DNA of 64,000 nucleotides from assembly GCA_044222185.1 (NCBI GenBank), contig JBGANV010000002.1, positions 192,001 through 256,000 of the forward strand, written 5' to 3'. This document shows positions 32,794 through 41,512 of the stretch, in pieces (the stretch's first letter is position 1; each line of letters begins with the position of its first letter). The notes beneath the pieces were generated by a model. It searched no databases, was not told where the DNA came from, and saw nothing but the letters and a program-made list of their open reading frames with translations. This DNA comes from Planctomycetota bacterium. Lineage in GTDB: Bacteria > Planctomycetota > GCA-002687715 > CAIWVZ01. Made by a program: the position numbers and the translations under genes.

Positions 32794-35535
32794 GTGACCA
32801 ACGAACGGCCGCACGACGACTCCCTCGATGCCCGGGCGCAGGCGCTCCTCGAATTCTGGTTCGAGGCCATCGACCGCGGTGAGCACCCGGATCTGGCGGC
32901 GCTCGCCGGGGGCGACGCGGAGCTCGCCTCGCACGTCGAACGGATGCTCGGGCGTCATTCGATCCTGGCAGACACGCTGACGTCGAACGTCGCGCCCGAT
33001 TCGCCACCGCCCCCGCCCGTCGACCGCATCGGGGACTTCCGCCTCCTCGCGCCGCTCGGTGCGGGCGGCATGGGTCGCGTCTTCATCGCGAGCCAGGAGC
33101 CATTGAAGCGTCTCGTCGCCGTCAAGCTCCTGAACCCACAGTCCCTCGAAGATGCGTCCGCTCGTGCGAGATTCCGGCGCGAGGCGGAGATCGCAGCGCG
33201 TCTCGACCATCCGAACATCGTCCCGGTCTACGGACTCGGCGAAGAAGGCGGCCACGCCTACATCGCCATGAAATGGCTCTCGGGTCCCGCGCTTGATGGC
33301 GTCGAGCTGCCACTCGCTCCGCGCGAAGCGGCCCGGATCGCGGCCGCCGTCGCACGCGGATTGGAGGAAGCCCATGCGTCCGGTGTCGTTCACCGCGACG
33401 TGAAACCCGCAAACATCATTCTCGACGACGGGGAGCCCGTGCTCGTCGACTTCGGACTGGCCCGCGGCGCGACCGATGTGTCGCTGACACAGGCGAATGC
33501 CGTCCCTGGCACGCTCCCCTACCTGGCGCCGGAACAACTTTCGCGAGGCGCGCCTCGCTTCGATCCGCGGGCGGACGTCTACGCGCTCGGAGCGACGCTG
33601 TACGAGCTCTTGACCGGGCGCCTCCCGTTCCAGGACGGGAGCACGGAGCGGCTCGTTCGACGGATCGTGGAGGAAGCCCCGCCGCCCCTGGGCATTCCGG
33701 GATCGCGGGAGCTGCAGACCATCGTCCTGCGCGCGCTGGACAAGGAGCCCGCGAGGCGCTTCCAATCGGCCGGCGCGTTCAGTGACGACTTGGAACGATT
33801 CCTCGACGACCGGCCCATCGTCTCGCGGCCGAGCGGAATCCTCACGCGCATCTGGAAGCTCGTGAAGCGTCGCCCGCGGGCGTCGATGGCGGTCGCGCTC
33901 TCCGTGGTCGTCGCCGGGACGGCGCTGGGCCTCGTGCTCTGGGAGTGGCGTGAGAAGACTGCGCGCTTCGAGAGCGACGCGCGCGAGGCGACGGCAGCGT
34001 TGCACTCGACGGATCTCCCAGCAGCGGCGGCGGCCCTGGCGCGGATGCAGCACGACCGACCGACGGATTCCGAGACGCAGAACCTCGCGATCCAGCTCGA
34101 AGCCATACGCGTTCGCGAGGATCTGATCGATCGCCTCATGAGTCGTGGCGACGCACAGGATGAAGCCTGGTTTGCGGACCTGCTCCGCCGCACAGACGCC
34201 ATCGCCCGCAACGACCCGGAACCGCGCATCGCCCAGCTCGCGCTCGTGCTTGCCGACCTGCGCCGCGGCGAGGTCGACGCCGCGACCCGACGCCTGGACG
34301 CGCTGGATGAGGACGCGCGGCAGCACGCAATGCCTGGCCGTGCGCTGGCAGCGCTGCGAGCGGCACTCATGAGCGACGTGACGGTAGACCTGACTCCGCT
34401 CCCGCACGGTGACGCCACGGACGCACTTTTCACGGCGCTCGCGCTGCACGAGCTCAGCCGCTCGGGCGCGAGTCAACGGGCGGAGCTCGAGGCCGGGCTC
34501 GCCGCGGCGTCGGGGCGCTCGGAGACGAGGCTGCGCCTGGCGATGGCGTTGTCGTTCATCGATGACGGCGACCTCGCCGAGGCCGAAGGCGGCCTGCGCT
34601 GCCTCGACGTGGACGATGCGTCGCGGCGGCTCGTCCTCACTTCGCTCGCATCCATCCGCCTCGCCCGGGGTGATCCCGCGGGGGCCAGTGCGATCCTGGC
34701 GTCGCTTCCACGGCACGAGGAGGACGTCATCGCACAGTTGCTCGAGTTCGAGGTCCGGTTGCGTTCGGAGCAGCGCGACGCGGCACGCGAACTCCTTCAG
34801 CGCACGATCGAGAAATGGCCGAGAGATCCAGACGTCCGGTTGATCGCCGCGGCCCGGGCCTTCGAGGCGGGCGACACGGCCGGTGCCGTCGAACATGCGC
34901 GGATCGCCGAGCGCTCGGCGTTGTTCGTGCGGCACCGTGAGCGGGCCGCCGCGGCGGCCGTCGCATTTCGCGTGTACGCGGTCCTGGGTACTGGCGAAGC
35001 GGGGCCCCCGCATGCGCCCGACGCGGCGACGGACCAGACGCTGCGCGACGTGGCTGGCGAAGCCGCGAGCCTCGCTCAGTCATTCCGCTTCGGCGCCGCC
35101 AGGCAGACGGCCCGCGCCGCCGCCGCGCTCGCCGAGCGTCGGCTCGGGCACACGATCGAGGCACGCCGCCTCATGGAGTCGGCCGCCGGTGAGCGAGCGA
35201 CCAACCCGGGCGTCCAGTTGCGTTTCGCCGATTGGGCCTGCGCCGACGCGAGCGACGGGCTGATCACGGATGCGGGAGAACGCGCGAGGACCCTCCGCGC
35301 GGCGACGGTCGCGGTGCGTAGTGTCATCGACGGTGGCCGCGGCGGCTCCTCAGCGGCGACGTTCCGCGAGACGCGTGACGCCTACCGGCTCGCTGCCCAG
35401 GCCTTCAGGCTCCTCGACGACCGCCCACGCTGCGCGGCGACCTGCCGCGAAGCGTTGGATCGCATGCGCTCGCGCCTGACCGACGCGGAGGTCTCCGAGT
35501 TCAACGAACAGTTGCGCTGGGCCGAGGAACCCTGA
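32794..35535 (+). CDS. Hanks-type Ser/Thr kinase with a TM helix and helical (TPR-like) C-terminus
   Basis: LGAGGMGRV, VAVK, HRDVKPANI, DFGLAR, GTLPYLAPEQ, DVYALGATLYELLTG. Confidence 0.92.
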   Translation: MTNERPHDDSLDARAQALLEFWFEAIDRGEHPDLAALAGGDAELASHVERMLGRHSILADTLTSNVAPDSPPPPPVDRIGDFRLLAPLGAGGMGRVFIASQEPLKRLVAVKLLNPQSLEDASARARFRREAEIAARLDHPNIVPVYGLGEEGGHAYIAMKWLSGPALDGVELPLAPREAARIAAAVARGLEEAHASGVVHRDVKPANIILDDGEPVLVDFGLARGATDVSLTQANAVPGTLPYLAPEQLSRGAPRFDPRADVYALGATLYELLTGRLPFQDGSTERLVRRIVEEAPPPLGIPGSRELQTIVLRALDKEPARRFQSAGAFSDDLERFLDDRPIVSRPSGILTRIWKLVKRRPRASMAVALSVVVAGTALGLVLWEWREKTARFESDAREATAALHSTDLPAAAAALARMQHDRPTDSETQNLAIQLEAIRVREDLIDRLMSRGDAQDEAWFADLLRRTDAIARNDPEPRIAQLALVLADLRRGEVDAATRRLDALDEDARQHAMPGRALAALRAALMSDVTVDLTPLPHGDATDALFTALALHELSRSGASQRAELEAGLAAASGRSETRLRLAMALSFIDDGDLAEAEGGLRCLDVDDASRRLVLTSLASIRLARGDPAGASAILASLPRHEEDVIAQLLEFEVRLRSEQRDAARELLQRTIEKWPRDPDVRLIAAARAFEAGDTAGAVEHARIAERSALFVRHRERAAAAAVAFRVYAVLGTGEAGPPHAPDAATDQTLRDVAGEAASLAQSFRFGAARQTARAAAALAERRLGHTIEARRLMESAAGERATNPGVQLRFADWACADASDGLITDAGERARTLRAATVAVRSVIDGGRGGSSAATFRETRDAYRLAAQAFRLLDDRPRCAATCREALDRMRSRLTDAEVSEFNEQLRWAEEP

Positions 35536-35551
35536 ACCCGAGGGTCGCGCA

Positions 35552-36850
35552 TCATTGCGCGACGAGCGTGCCCCACGGCATTCCGGCACCGTACACCGTG
35601 TTCACGTCGTTAGTCAGCGAAACGATGTCGAACGAGCTCCCCTGAGTGATCAGGGCCGGCATCGGGAACCGGAAAGTCATGTGCGCGGCCAACGTGCCCG
35701 GGATGGTCCACGTGCGAATGCCCTGCCTGAGCACGACCGTGTAGGGGCCGATGGGAGTCCCCTTGACGGGAATCTCCAGGAAGTTCCCGGCCCTGCCGAC
35801 CGGGGAACTGACGCTGTGGGGAACGGAGTCGATCCCGACTTCGAGCGATCGGATGTACGTTCGGATGATGATGGACCCCGTCACGCGGATTCGCGGCGGG
35901 GGCGCGGGCGGCGCTGGCGGTGGCGGGTTGTTGATCTGCGGGCCGTTCACTCCGGGGATGATCGAGCTCAGCCCCGTCATCGATTGCTCGGCTGATGCAA
36001 CGGGTTGGTCGGCCACGTCGCGAATCGCAATGGCCTGGGCGTAGAGCACCAACGGGAAACCATTCTTGAAGTCGCTCTTGTCGAGGCCCTCGATGGGCTG
36101 ACCGTCGGCACCGATCCCGCCTTCCACCAGCGTCTTGATCCCGTCGAATCCGATCTGCTGGAGGAGTTGTTCGAGGATGATGCCGTTCGACGAGTAGGCG
36201 GTCACCGCCAGGTCCGGATCGGGATAGCCGAACAGCACGTTCTGGTAGTACGGCCACGTCGCCGGCGCGGACGGCCACAGGCGCGGCGCGGACAGGAGGG
36301 GATTCGAGGACGTGAACAGCGGCAGCATGGTCGCCTTCACCGTGCCCTGGACACCGCCGCCGATCGCATCATGGATCGCGGCCGCCATCACGGCGGGTTC
36401 GATCTTCACCTGCTGCCAGGCATCGCCGGTCGAGTCGAGCAGCGCCGCTCCGAATGCCGGTCCGTATGTCGTGAGCAGCCTGGACATCACCGTCTCACCC
36501 GACGTCGGAATCACGCCTGCCGTGCCGAGATACCAGTACGGAGGCAGGGGCTCTGCGTGCAGGTTCGCGAGCTGCGGGAGCTGGAACAGTGCCGTGTACT
36601 TGGCCTGAACCGTTGCCGAATCGTCGAGCTTGGACCAGTCCCAGTAGACCCGCAGAACCAGGCCCACCCACTCCCCGGCCTCGCCCTGGACGTAAAGATT
36701 GAACCTGTCGGGGTTCGCCGTTTCCGGCATCCAATAGCCGGCCCACATCTGGACGTGGGCTGGTGCCTGGGCGGGAGCGGACTGAGGCATCGCCAGGGTG
36801 AGGACCGCGCAGCAGGCGAGGGCTTTCGTGATCGTCCAGTTAGAGCACAT
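35552..36850 (-). CDS. Hypothetical secreted protein
   Basis: Long ORF with signal peptide ALACCAVLTLAMPQSAPA, a Pro-rich linker and a C-terminal beta domain. No family recognised; start uncertain. Confidence 0.65.
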   Translation of the reverse strand: MCSNWTITKALACCAVLTLAMPQSAPAQAPAHVQMWAGYWMPETANPDRFNLYVQGEAGEWVGLVLRVYWDWSKLDDSATVQAKYTALFQLPQLANLHAEPLPPYWYLGTAGVIPTSGETVMSRLLTTYGPAFGAALLDSTGDAWQQVKIEPAVMAAAIHDAIGGGVQGTVKATMLPLFTSSNPLLSAPRLWPSAPATWPYYQNVLFGYPDPDLAVTAYSSNGIILEQLLQQIGFDGIKTLVEGGIGADGQPIEGLDKSDFKNGFPLVLYAQAIAIRDVADQPVASAEQSMTGLSSIIPGVNGPQINNPPPPAPPAPPPRIRVTGSIIIRTYIRSLEVGIDSVPHSVSSPVGRAGNFLEIPVKGTPIGPYTVVLRQGIRTWTIPGTLAAHMTFRFPMPALITQGSSFDIVSLTNDVNTVYGAGMPWGTLVAQ

Positions 36851-36980
36851 GGGACGGAGTCTCCTTGGGGCAGAAGAGTGCGCTTCGGGTCCACCGCCGG
36901 TGAGGCCGAACCGTGGGGTCCGAGGAGCTTCGAACGTCGTTGGCGGATTTCCGGGGCCGGCGTTACAGACGCTTTTCATC

Positions 36981-37622
36981 TCACTCGCCCCCGCGAGGTG
37001 TCCGCTGGTTGGCGCGGTCCGACTTCAGGCGGTCGACCTGACAGATGAGTGCCGCGCGGGCGCGGCAGAGGAGGACCCTTACCGCGCCGACGGATTTGCC
37101 CATCGTCACGGCGGCCTCCTCCCGAGTCCTTCCCTCGTGAACGCACAGGTCGATGACTCGGCGTTGATCCTCCGACAGGTATGCCATCGCCTCCCTCGCC
37201 ACGGTCAAGTCGTCGGAGTCGGCGGCATCCGCGCTGGGACACCGCTGGCGATCGTCCATGACCGCCACGTCGGTCACGAGCCTCACACCGCGGGCCGCCT
37301 CGCGCTTGTCGGCTGCGAAATACCGCCCTTTGTCGTGCAGCGTGTGCTCGACGATCGTCCCCATCCAGGCGACGAACGCATCGTCGTCTTCACCGCGGAA
37401 CTGGGCGAAGTCGCGCACGGCATCGTAGTACGCGCTCTGGAGGAGATCCGACGGGCGTACCTTGCCGCGTAGCCCTCCGCGAAGGCGGGACCTGGCGACC
37501 TGCATCAGCCGCGCATGGTTACGGGCCAGCAAGTTGCTGAGCGCGTCGCGATCGCCCGCGCGTGCCGCCCGGATCTGTTCCGAACCGTTCTGTCGAGTCA
37601 CGGTGTCAACTTCGATTTGCAA
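36981..37622 (-). CDS. ECF sigma factor, planctomycete kinase-associated type
   Basis: ARAGDRDAL..LL, LRGKVRPSDLLQSA, FAQFRG...FVAW, ADKREAAR, L.EDQRRVI...EGRT.EE.A..MGKS.GAVR.L..RA. Confidence 0.88.
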   Translation of the reverse strand: MQIEVDTVTRQNGSEQIRAARAGDRDALSNLLARNHARLMQVARSRLRGGLRGKVRPSDLLQSAYYDAVRDFAQFRGEDDDAFVAWMGTIVEHTLHDKGRYFAADKREAARGVRLVTDVAVMDDRQRCPSADAADSDDLTVAREAMAYLSEDQRRVIDLCVHEGRTREEAAVTMGKSVGAVRVLLCRARAALICQVDRLKSDRANQRTPRGGE

Positions 37623-37733
37623 CGGGTGGGGACGTGGGGGCTGCCGGAGATCCTACACCAACGATCGAGGTCGCGGGTATGCGACGGCTCCCGGCGCGTT
37701 TGCACGCCGACGGCATCGCGCGCTGGTGTCCGC

Positions 37734-38897
37734 TCACCGCGTGGCGTGCGACGGAAGCGCCTGGGCGCCGAACCCGCGCGCGGGCCCTGATTCGTCGACG
37801 CGGAAGTCCAGGTTCTCCGCGCCTCGGAACCGGGGATCCTCGCCGCCGACCGGTCGCGTCTCGGTCATGGGGAGCGACGGAATCGAGCGGGCCGGGGCAT
37901 CGATGCAAAACCAGAAGTTGTCGGCGAACTCGAAGGTCTCGGGCGCCGTGTGGGGGCCGACGTTCACGACCGTTCGCACCTCGGACTGCCGGTAGGCGAC
38001 GAGGTTGTTCGCAAAGACTCCCTTCCTGCAGGGGACGAAGTCCTTGGCGACCGTCTCCTGGAGGATCCGAATCACCCACTTCGCCGGACGGTGGAACGTG
38101 TTCCAACGCACGGTGGAGCCGTCGACTCCCACGAAGGCGATGGGCGCCATCGAGCCGGTGAACGTGCAACCCTCAACCGTGACGTCCTTCGCCTCGAACC
38201 CCTCGGGCCTGGGACGGAACCACGGAAGTCCCGTGGATCCCCCGATGTTCACGGCGCGCTGTCCCGCGTCCTCGAACCGGCACGAGCGGATCGTGATGCC
38301 GGAGGACCCGCCCTTCGCCTGGACTCCCGTAGCCGCCGAATCCGTCGCCCTGTCGCGGAACGTGCAACCGACGAGCGTTCCACGATGGCACCCGACCATG
38401 TCGACGGCCGATCCTCCCCGACCCCACCGGTCGACGGTGCAGCGCTCGAGGCGGAAGTCGTCGACTCCCGAGAGCTTGATGCCGTCGTCGTTTCCGCGGC
38501 CACCGCAATCGCGAACGATGACCCCCGTGAGCGTGACGTGATGCGAAGGAGTGTCGAACGTTCCTCCGTCATCGACGTTCAAGCCGTTCCCGGATGCGCC
38601 CTCGAACACCACGTCCTCGAGCCGGAAGTGTTCGACGTCGGACACGTGCACGCTCCCGCGGATGCGGGGTGGCGCCTTTGGGTCCGCGGCAGCCACCGCG
38701 ATCGCCCGCTCCGCGGTGCCGCGCAGGTTGGCGACCCGGAATCCGTCGTAGTCGCCGGGTGCCATGAGCACGCGCGTGCCCGGTCTGCACGCAGCGAGGG
38801 CGCGCGTGAGCTCCGCCGTGTTCGAGACCCGCACGTCTCCGTCCTGCGGAACGGCCAGGGCGGCGGCCACCGCACACACGACCATCGGGGCAATCAT
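37734..38897 (-). CDS. Secreted right-handed beta-helix protein
   Basis: PG..VLMAPGDY, repeated beta-helix rungs (NGLNVDDGG, DGIKLSGVD, GSAVDMVGCH, GVQAKGGS). Confidence 0.8.
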   Translation of the reverse strand: MIAPMVVCAVAAALAVPQDGDVRVSNTAELTRALAACRPGTRVLMAPGDYDGFRVANLRGTAERAIAVAAADPKAPPRIRGSVHVSDVEHFRLEDVVFEGASGNGLNVDDGGTFDTPSHHVTLTGVIVRDCGGRGNDDGIKLSGVDDFRLERCTVDRWGRGGSAVDMVGCHRGTLVGCTFRDRATDSAATGVQAKGGSSGITIRSCRFEDAGQRAVNIGGSTGLPWFRPRPEGFEAKDVTVEGCTFTGSMAPIAFVGVDGSTVRWNTFHRPAKWVIRILQETVAKDFVPCRKGVFANNLVAYRQSEVRTVVNVGPHTAPETFEFADNFWFCIDAPARSIPSLPMTETRPVGGEDPRFRGAENLDFRVDESGPARGFGAQALPSHATR

Positions 38898-38985
38898 GGG
38901 CGCAGGTTACCCCGAGGAAGGCGGTGGTCACGTTCTCGCTCGGCGCGGGAACCAAGGGCACCGGGTCTCCTCGCCGCGCCGCGAC

Positions 38986-40026
38986 TCAAAACTGATATTC
39001 GAGGCCGACCAGGCCCAGGATGTCGAGCCGCTCGGTGTTGGGCGGCGGATCGCCCTGGTAGTTCAGCTCCAGCGAGGTCCGCATGCGGATGGACTCGGAG
39101 ATGGGCACGGTGAAGATGGAACGCGCCTTCGCCAGGTAACGGCCCGGATCGTCGAACGGGACGAGGATTTCGAAGTCCTGTTCGAAGTGGAGGTCGGTGA
39201 AGAACACGTCCTTGTAGACGGTGGCCGCGCGTCCTGCGGGCGAGATGTCGGTGCTGCGACCTGCGCCCTTCTCGTAGATGCCGGCGATACCACCTTCCAC
39301 CGACCAATTGCGGTCGGGGCCTTCGCTCCACAGGACGTCACCGACACCGACGTTGAGGATGGCACGCACGTCGATGTTCTGGATCTCGTCGTGAAGCGCT
39401 TCGGCGCTCGCGTAGGTGTAGAGCGTGGCGTCGTAGAAGTGATCGAGTCGCGCCTTCCCACCGAACGACGACGCCGTGAGGTTGCCGTCGGTCTTGCCGT
39501 AGAGGACGTCTGCGGCAAGAGACACCTTGTCCGCGTCCCAGCTCTTCTCCGCTTCGGCGTGAAGTGCGGCGAGCACCGAATCCACGTTGCCCTGACGAAC
39601 CGTGCCTGAGAGCGCAACCTTGCCCTTCCAATCGCCGGCCGTCAGCGGTGGCTTGTTTGGATCGGGTGGCGCGTCCTTCTTCGGGGGCGGAGGCGGCGCC
39701 GCCAGAGCGCCGATGGGGATCTGCAACGCACCGAACGACCCGACCTCGATGGCGAGCTGGTCGCCGTTTCGTCCGCGGATGGTGCCAGTGATCTGGTCCC
39801 CGTTTGCGAGCGAGAGCTTGATCGGCTGCGTGACACGGACGTTCGCGACGGCCGCCCATGGGGTCCGCGTCTTCCCCCCGCCTACGGCCTCGATTTCCAC
39901 GCCCTCAGCGTCGATGGCGACGACGCGGCCGGTGACCACCGATCCGCCGGCGACCGCCACCTCGTCCGTCTGTCCGAACAAGCAGGCGCTGATCGCGATC
40001 ACCGCCACGCAGAGCTTTCCCTTCAC
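38986..40026 (-). CDS. DUF481/YdiY-family outer-membrane beta-barrel protein
   Basis: Signal peptide, WKGKVALSGTVRQGN, amphipathic strands and C-terminal GLEYQF. Start approximate. Confidence 0.8.
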   Translation of the reverse strand: MKGKLCVAVIAISACLFGQTDEVAVAGGSVVTGRVVAIDAEGVEIEAVGGGKTRTPWAAVANVRVTQPIKLSLANGDQITGTIRGRNGDQLAIEVGSFGALQIPIGALAAPPPPPKKDAPPDPNKPPLTAGDWKGKVALSGTVRQGNVDSVLAALHAEAEKSWDADKVSLAADVLYGKTDGNLTASSFGGKARLDHFYDATLYTYASAEALHDEIQNIDVRAILNVGVGDVLWSEGPDRNWSVEGGIAGIYEKGAGRSTDISPAGRAATVYKDVFFTDLHFEQDFEILVPFDDPGRYLAKARSIFTVPISESIRMRTSLELNYQGDPPPNTERLDILGLVGLEYQF

Positions 40027-40134
40027 GCGAACCTCCGATCCGGCGCAGGAATCGCTCCGACCGAGCGCCGATGGGTCGGAGCTTACAACACGTCGAGACA
40101 TCCGTCCCCGCGTCAGGTGATTACACTGGTCGCC

Positions 40135-41445
40135 ATGACAACGCTCATGCCACGCGTCGCTGTCTGTTGCCTGCTCGCCGCCACGCTCGCCTCACGCGCA
40201 CCGAGCCAGTGGGTGATGGTCGTCAACAACACCTTCCTGAATGCGCCGAACGGCTCGAGCATCGCACTGGTCAACCGATCCAACGGCTCGCTCGTCACGC
40301 GCAACTGGATCGTCCCGGGGACGGGCGCCGGCAACTGGAACGGCAACTGCTCGGCGCAGGACGTCGTGCAGGTCGGCAACCAGGTCTGGATCGGGAGCTC
40401 CAACTCCAACTGCGCGATCCCGGCCGCGATCTACATCTACGACGTCACCTTCAACGGCGCGGCGCCGCCCACGGCCACGTTCAACTCGGTGCGCTACCTC
40501 ACGCTCGCGGACGTCGGCGTCGCGTCGACGCAGCCGCGCGGGCTCTACTACGACGCGGCGGCGGGACGCGTTTACATGACCGACGGCAACGGCATCTTCG
40601 CGCTCGATCCGTCGTGCAACTACGTGGGGCCGTCGCAGCCCGGCAACTGCTGGGGCGTGACGCAGCTGCGCGACGGAAGGATCGTGTATTCGGTCATCGG
40701 GAGTGGTGGCATCAAGGCGACGGATCCGTTGCTTGCGACGCCACCGACGACGCTCGTGTCACCTTCGTCCGCGGGATTCTGGCCCTACGAGCTCGACATC
40801 GCGAACGACGGGCGGCTGCTCGCGTCGGGGTTCGCGTCGACGGGCTACAACATCCGCGCCTGGAACGCCTCGGGCGGATTCCTCTCGGATCCCTATCCCG
40901 GAGCTGCCAACCTCCGCGGCATGGCCGTGCTCGAGAACGGCAACTACCTGCTCGCGCGCAACGCGTTCCCCTACGATCTCATCGTGTGGAACGGATCGAC
41001 GGCCTCCGTGATCATCGCCGACGGCGGGCCCAATTCGCCGGCGCAAAACCAGTTCGGGCCTTACATGATGGGCTACCTCGATCAGCCGACGCCCGCCGCC
41101 GTGACCATGTCGCAGCCCGGTGGCACGGGGACGTTCCTCCTCACCGCGTCGAACCTCGTCACCGGGGCCGACACCTACACGGTCGTGAGCTTCGAAGCAG
41201 CGCCAGGGGGACCGGGAACCGGGCCATACCTGGGGCTCTACACGGCCAATCTCAACAACCTCCTGTCGCAGGTGGCGTTGCCGGTCGGCTTCGAACCGTT
41301 CCACTTCGTGCCGAGTCGCGGCGCCTACGCGTTCGGGCCGCTGTCCGGTATTCCGTCGGGGCTCCACCTGGAGGTCATCACCGTCCAGCTCGTGAGCGGA
41401 ACGCTCGCGACCGTGACTCCGGTCTTCGCGTTGACGACGTCGTGA
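40135..41445 (+). CDS. Secreted beta-propeller-like hypothetical protein
   Basis: Signal peptide, PRGLYYD..GRVYMTD and ELDIANDGRLL blade-like repeats, and a C-terminal module. Confidence 0.7.
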   Translation: MTTLMPRVAVCCLLAATLASRAPSQWVMVVNNTFLNAPNGSSIALVNRSNGSLVTRNWIVPGTGAGNWNGNCSAQDVVQVGNQVWIGSSNSNCAIPAAIYIYDVTFNGAAPPTATFNSVRYLTLADVGVASTQPRGLYYDAAAGRVYMTDGNGIFALDPSCNYVGPSQPGNCWGVTQLRDGRIVYSVIGSGGIKATDPLLATPPTTLVSPSSAGFWPYELDIANDGRLLASGFASTGYNIRAWNASGGFLSDPYPGAANLRGMAVLENGNYLLARNAFPYDLIVWNGSTASVIIADGGPNSPAQNQFGPYMMGYLDQPTPAAVTMSQPGGTGTFLLTASNLVTGADTYTVVSFEAAPGGPGTGPYLGLYTANLNNLLSQVALPVGFEPFHFVPSRGAYAFGPLSGIPSGLHLEVITVQLVSGTLATVTPVFALTTS

Positions 41446-41512
41446 TCGGACGAGGAGTTCGAGGAAGTCGGCTGGCGAACCCGGGGCGAAGGGCACGGTT
41501 CGGACGATTCCG

